Below, piece by piece: positions 63,726-64,000 of a stretch of 64,000 nucleotides of DNA; the stretch's first letter is position 1, and each line of letters begins with the position of its first letter. This DNA comes from Utricularia gibba (taxonomy: Eukaryota > Plantae > Magnoliophyta): NCBI GenBank assembly GCA_002189035.1, contig CM007989.1:620001-684000 (forward strand). The letters are read 5' to 3'. The notes beneath the pieces are model-generated. The model was not told the origin of the DNA, did not search any database, and saw only the letters and a program-made list of their open reading frames with translations. Made by a program: the position numbers and the translations under genes.

Positions 63726-64000
63726 ATGCACTTTTCTGAACTCAGCATTCAGAATCTCGCTGAAGGTGAGTTTCATCTCTCCTGCCTTCTTCTCTGTTTC
63801 TGTGTTTCTTGTGACGTCTGTTGATTTTGGTTGTTTGCCTGTGCAGATTGAATCTGCTTGAACTCCGATGATAAGAAGGATCCTGATGGAAGTTCTTATG
63901 CTTCTTCGCTCTTCCTCAATGGTGCTCCTCTACTGATTGATTCCTTGTGTTCTCGGAGGATCCGATATTTTAGCCACTTTCGAACAAAAAAACCATCCCA
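63726..64000 (+). other. Probable 5' end of a gene divergent from MCM7; reading frame unresolved
   Basis: ATG at 63726, strong donor GAAG|GTGAGT at ~63765, pyrimidine tract and TGCAG acceptor at ~63846. The spliced frame stops immediately, so the short ORF may be a uORF or a frameshifted start. Confidence 0.3.

Overview
Eudicot nuclear DNA, very gene-dense: about 28 protein-coding loci in 64 kb, with short introns and intergenic gaps. This suggests a miniaturised genome (taxon not determinable; Lentibulariaceae-like is only a guess). Left to right: SAM50-like (partial), eIF2-alpha, apyrase APY7, DEAD-box RH18, NMNAT, PRA1.B, WUN1/SAG20-like, alpha-SNAP, sororin-like, WEB-family, RPL21, reticulon, group-I bZIP, LRR-III receptor kinase, ABCI6/SufC, ORANGE, two tandem HAD-IIIB acid phosphatases, RhoGAP-like, an orphan acidic tandem-repeat protein, a GONST3 pseudogene, GATL, two small plant-specific genes, TMEM205, EDRF1-like, PADRE/DUF4228, USP and MCM7. 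Most notable: (1) four tandem U14 box C/D snoRNAs inside the single RPL21 intron; (2) an orphan ~517-aa ORF with 7 x 38-aa acidic repeats and a C-terminal C2HC-like finger, beside a decayed GONST3; (3) a WUN1-like gene whose N-terminal third has no in-frame AUG and likely starts at CUG; (4) three degenerate copies of the catalytic-motif exon end inside an acid phosphatase intron. Nine apparent frameshifts are each repaired by adding one base to a short run, so they are probably assembly errors. No tRNA, rRNA, CRISPR array or intact transposon was seen. Family assignments come from recalled motifs, not database searches.
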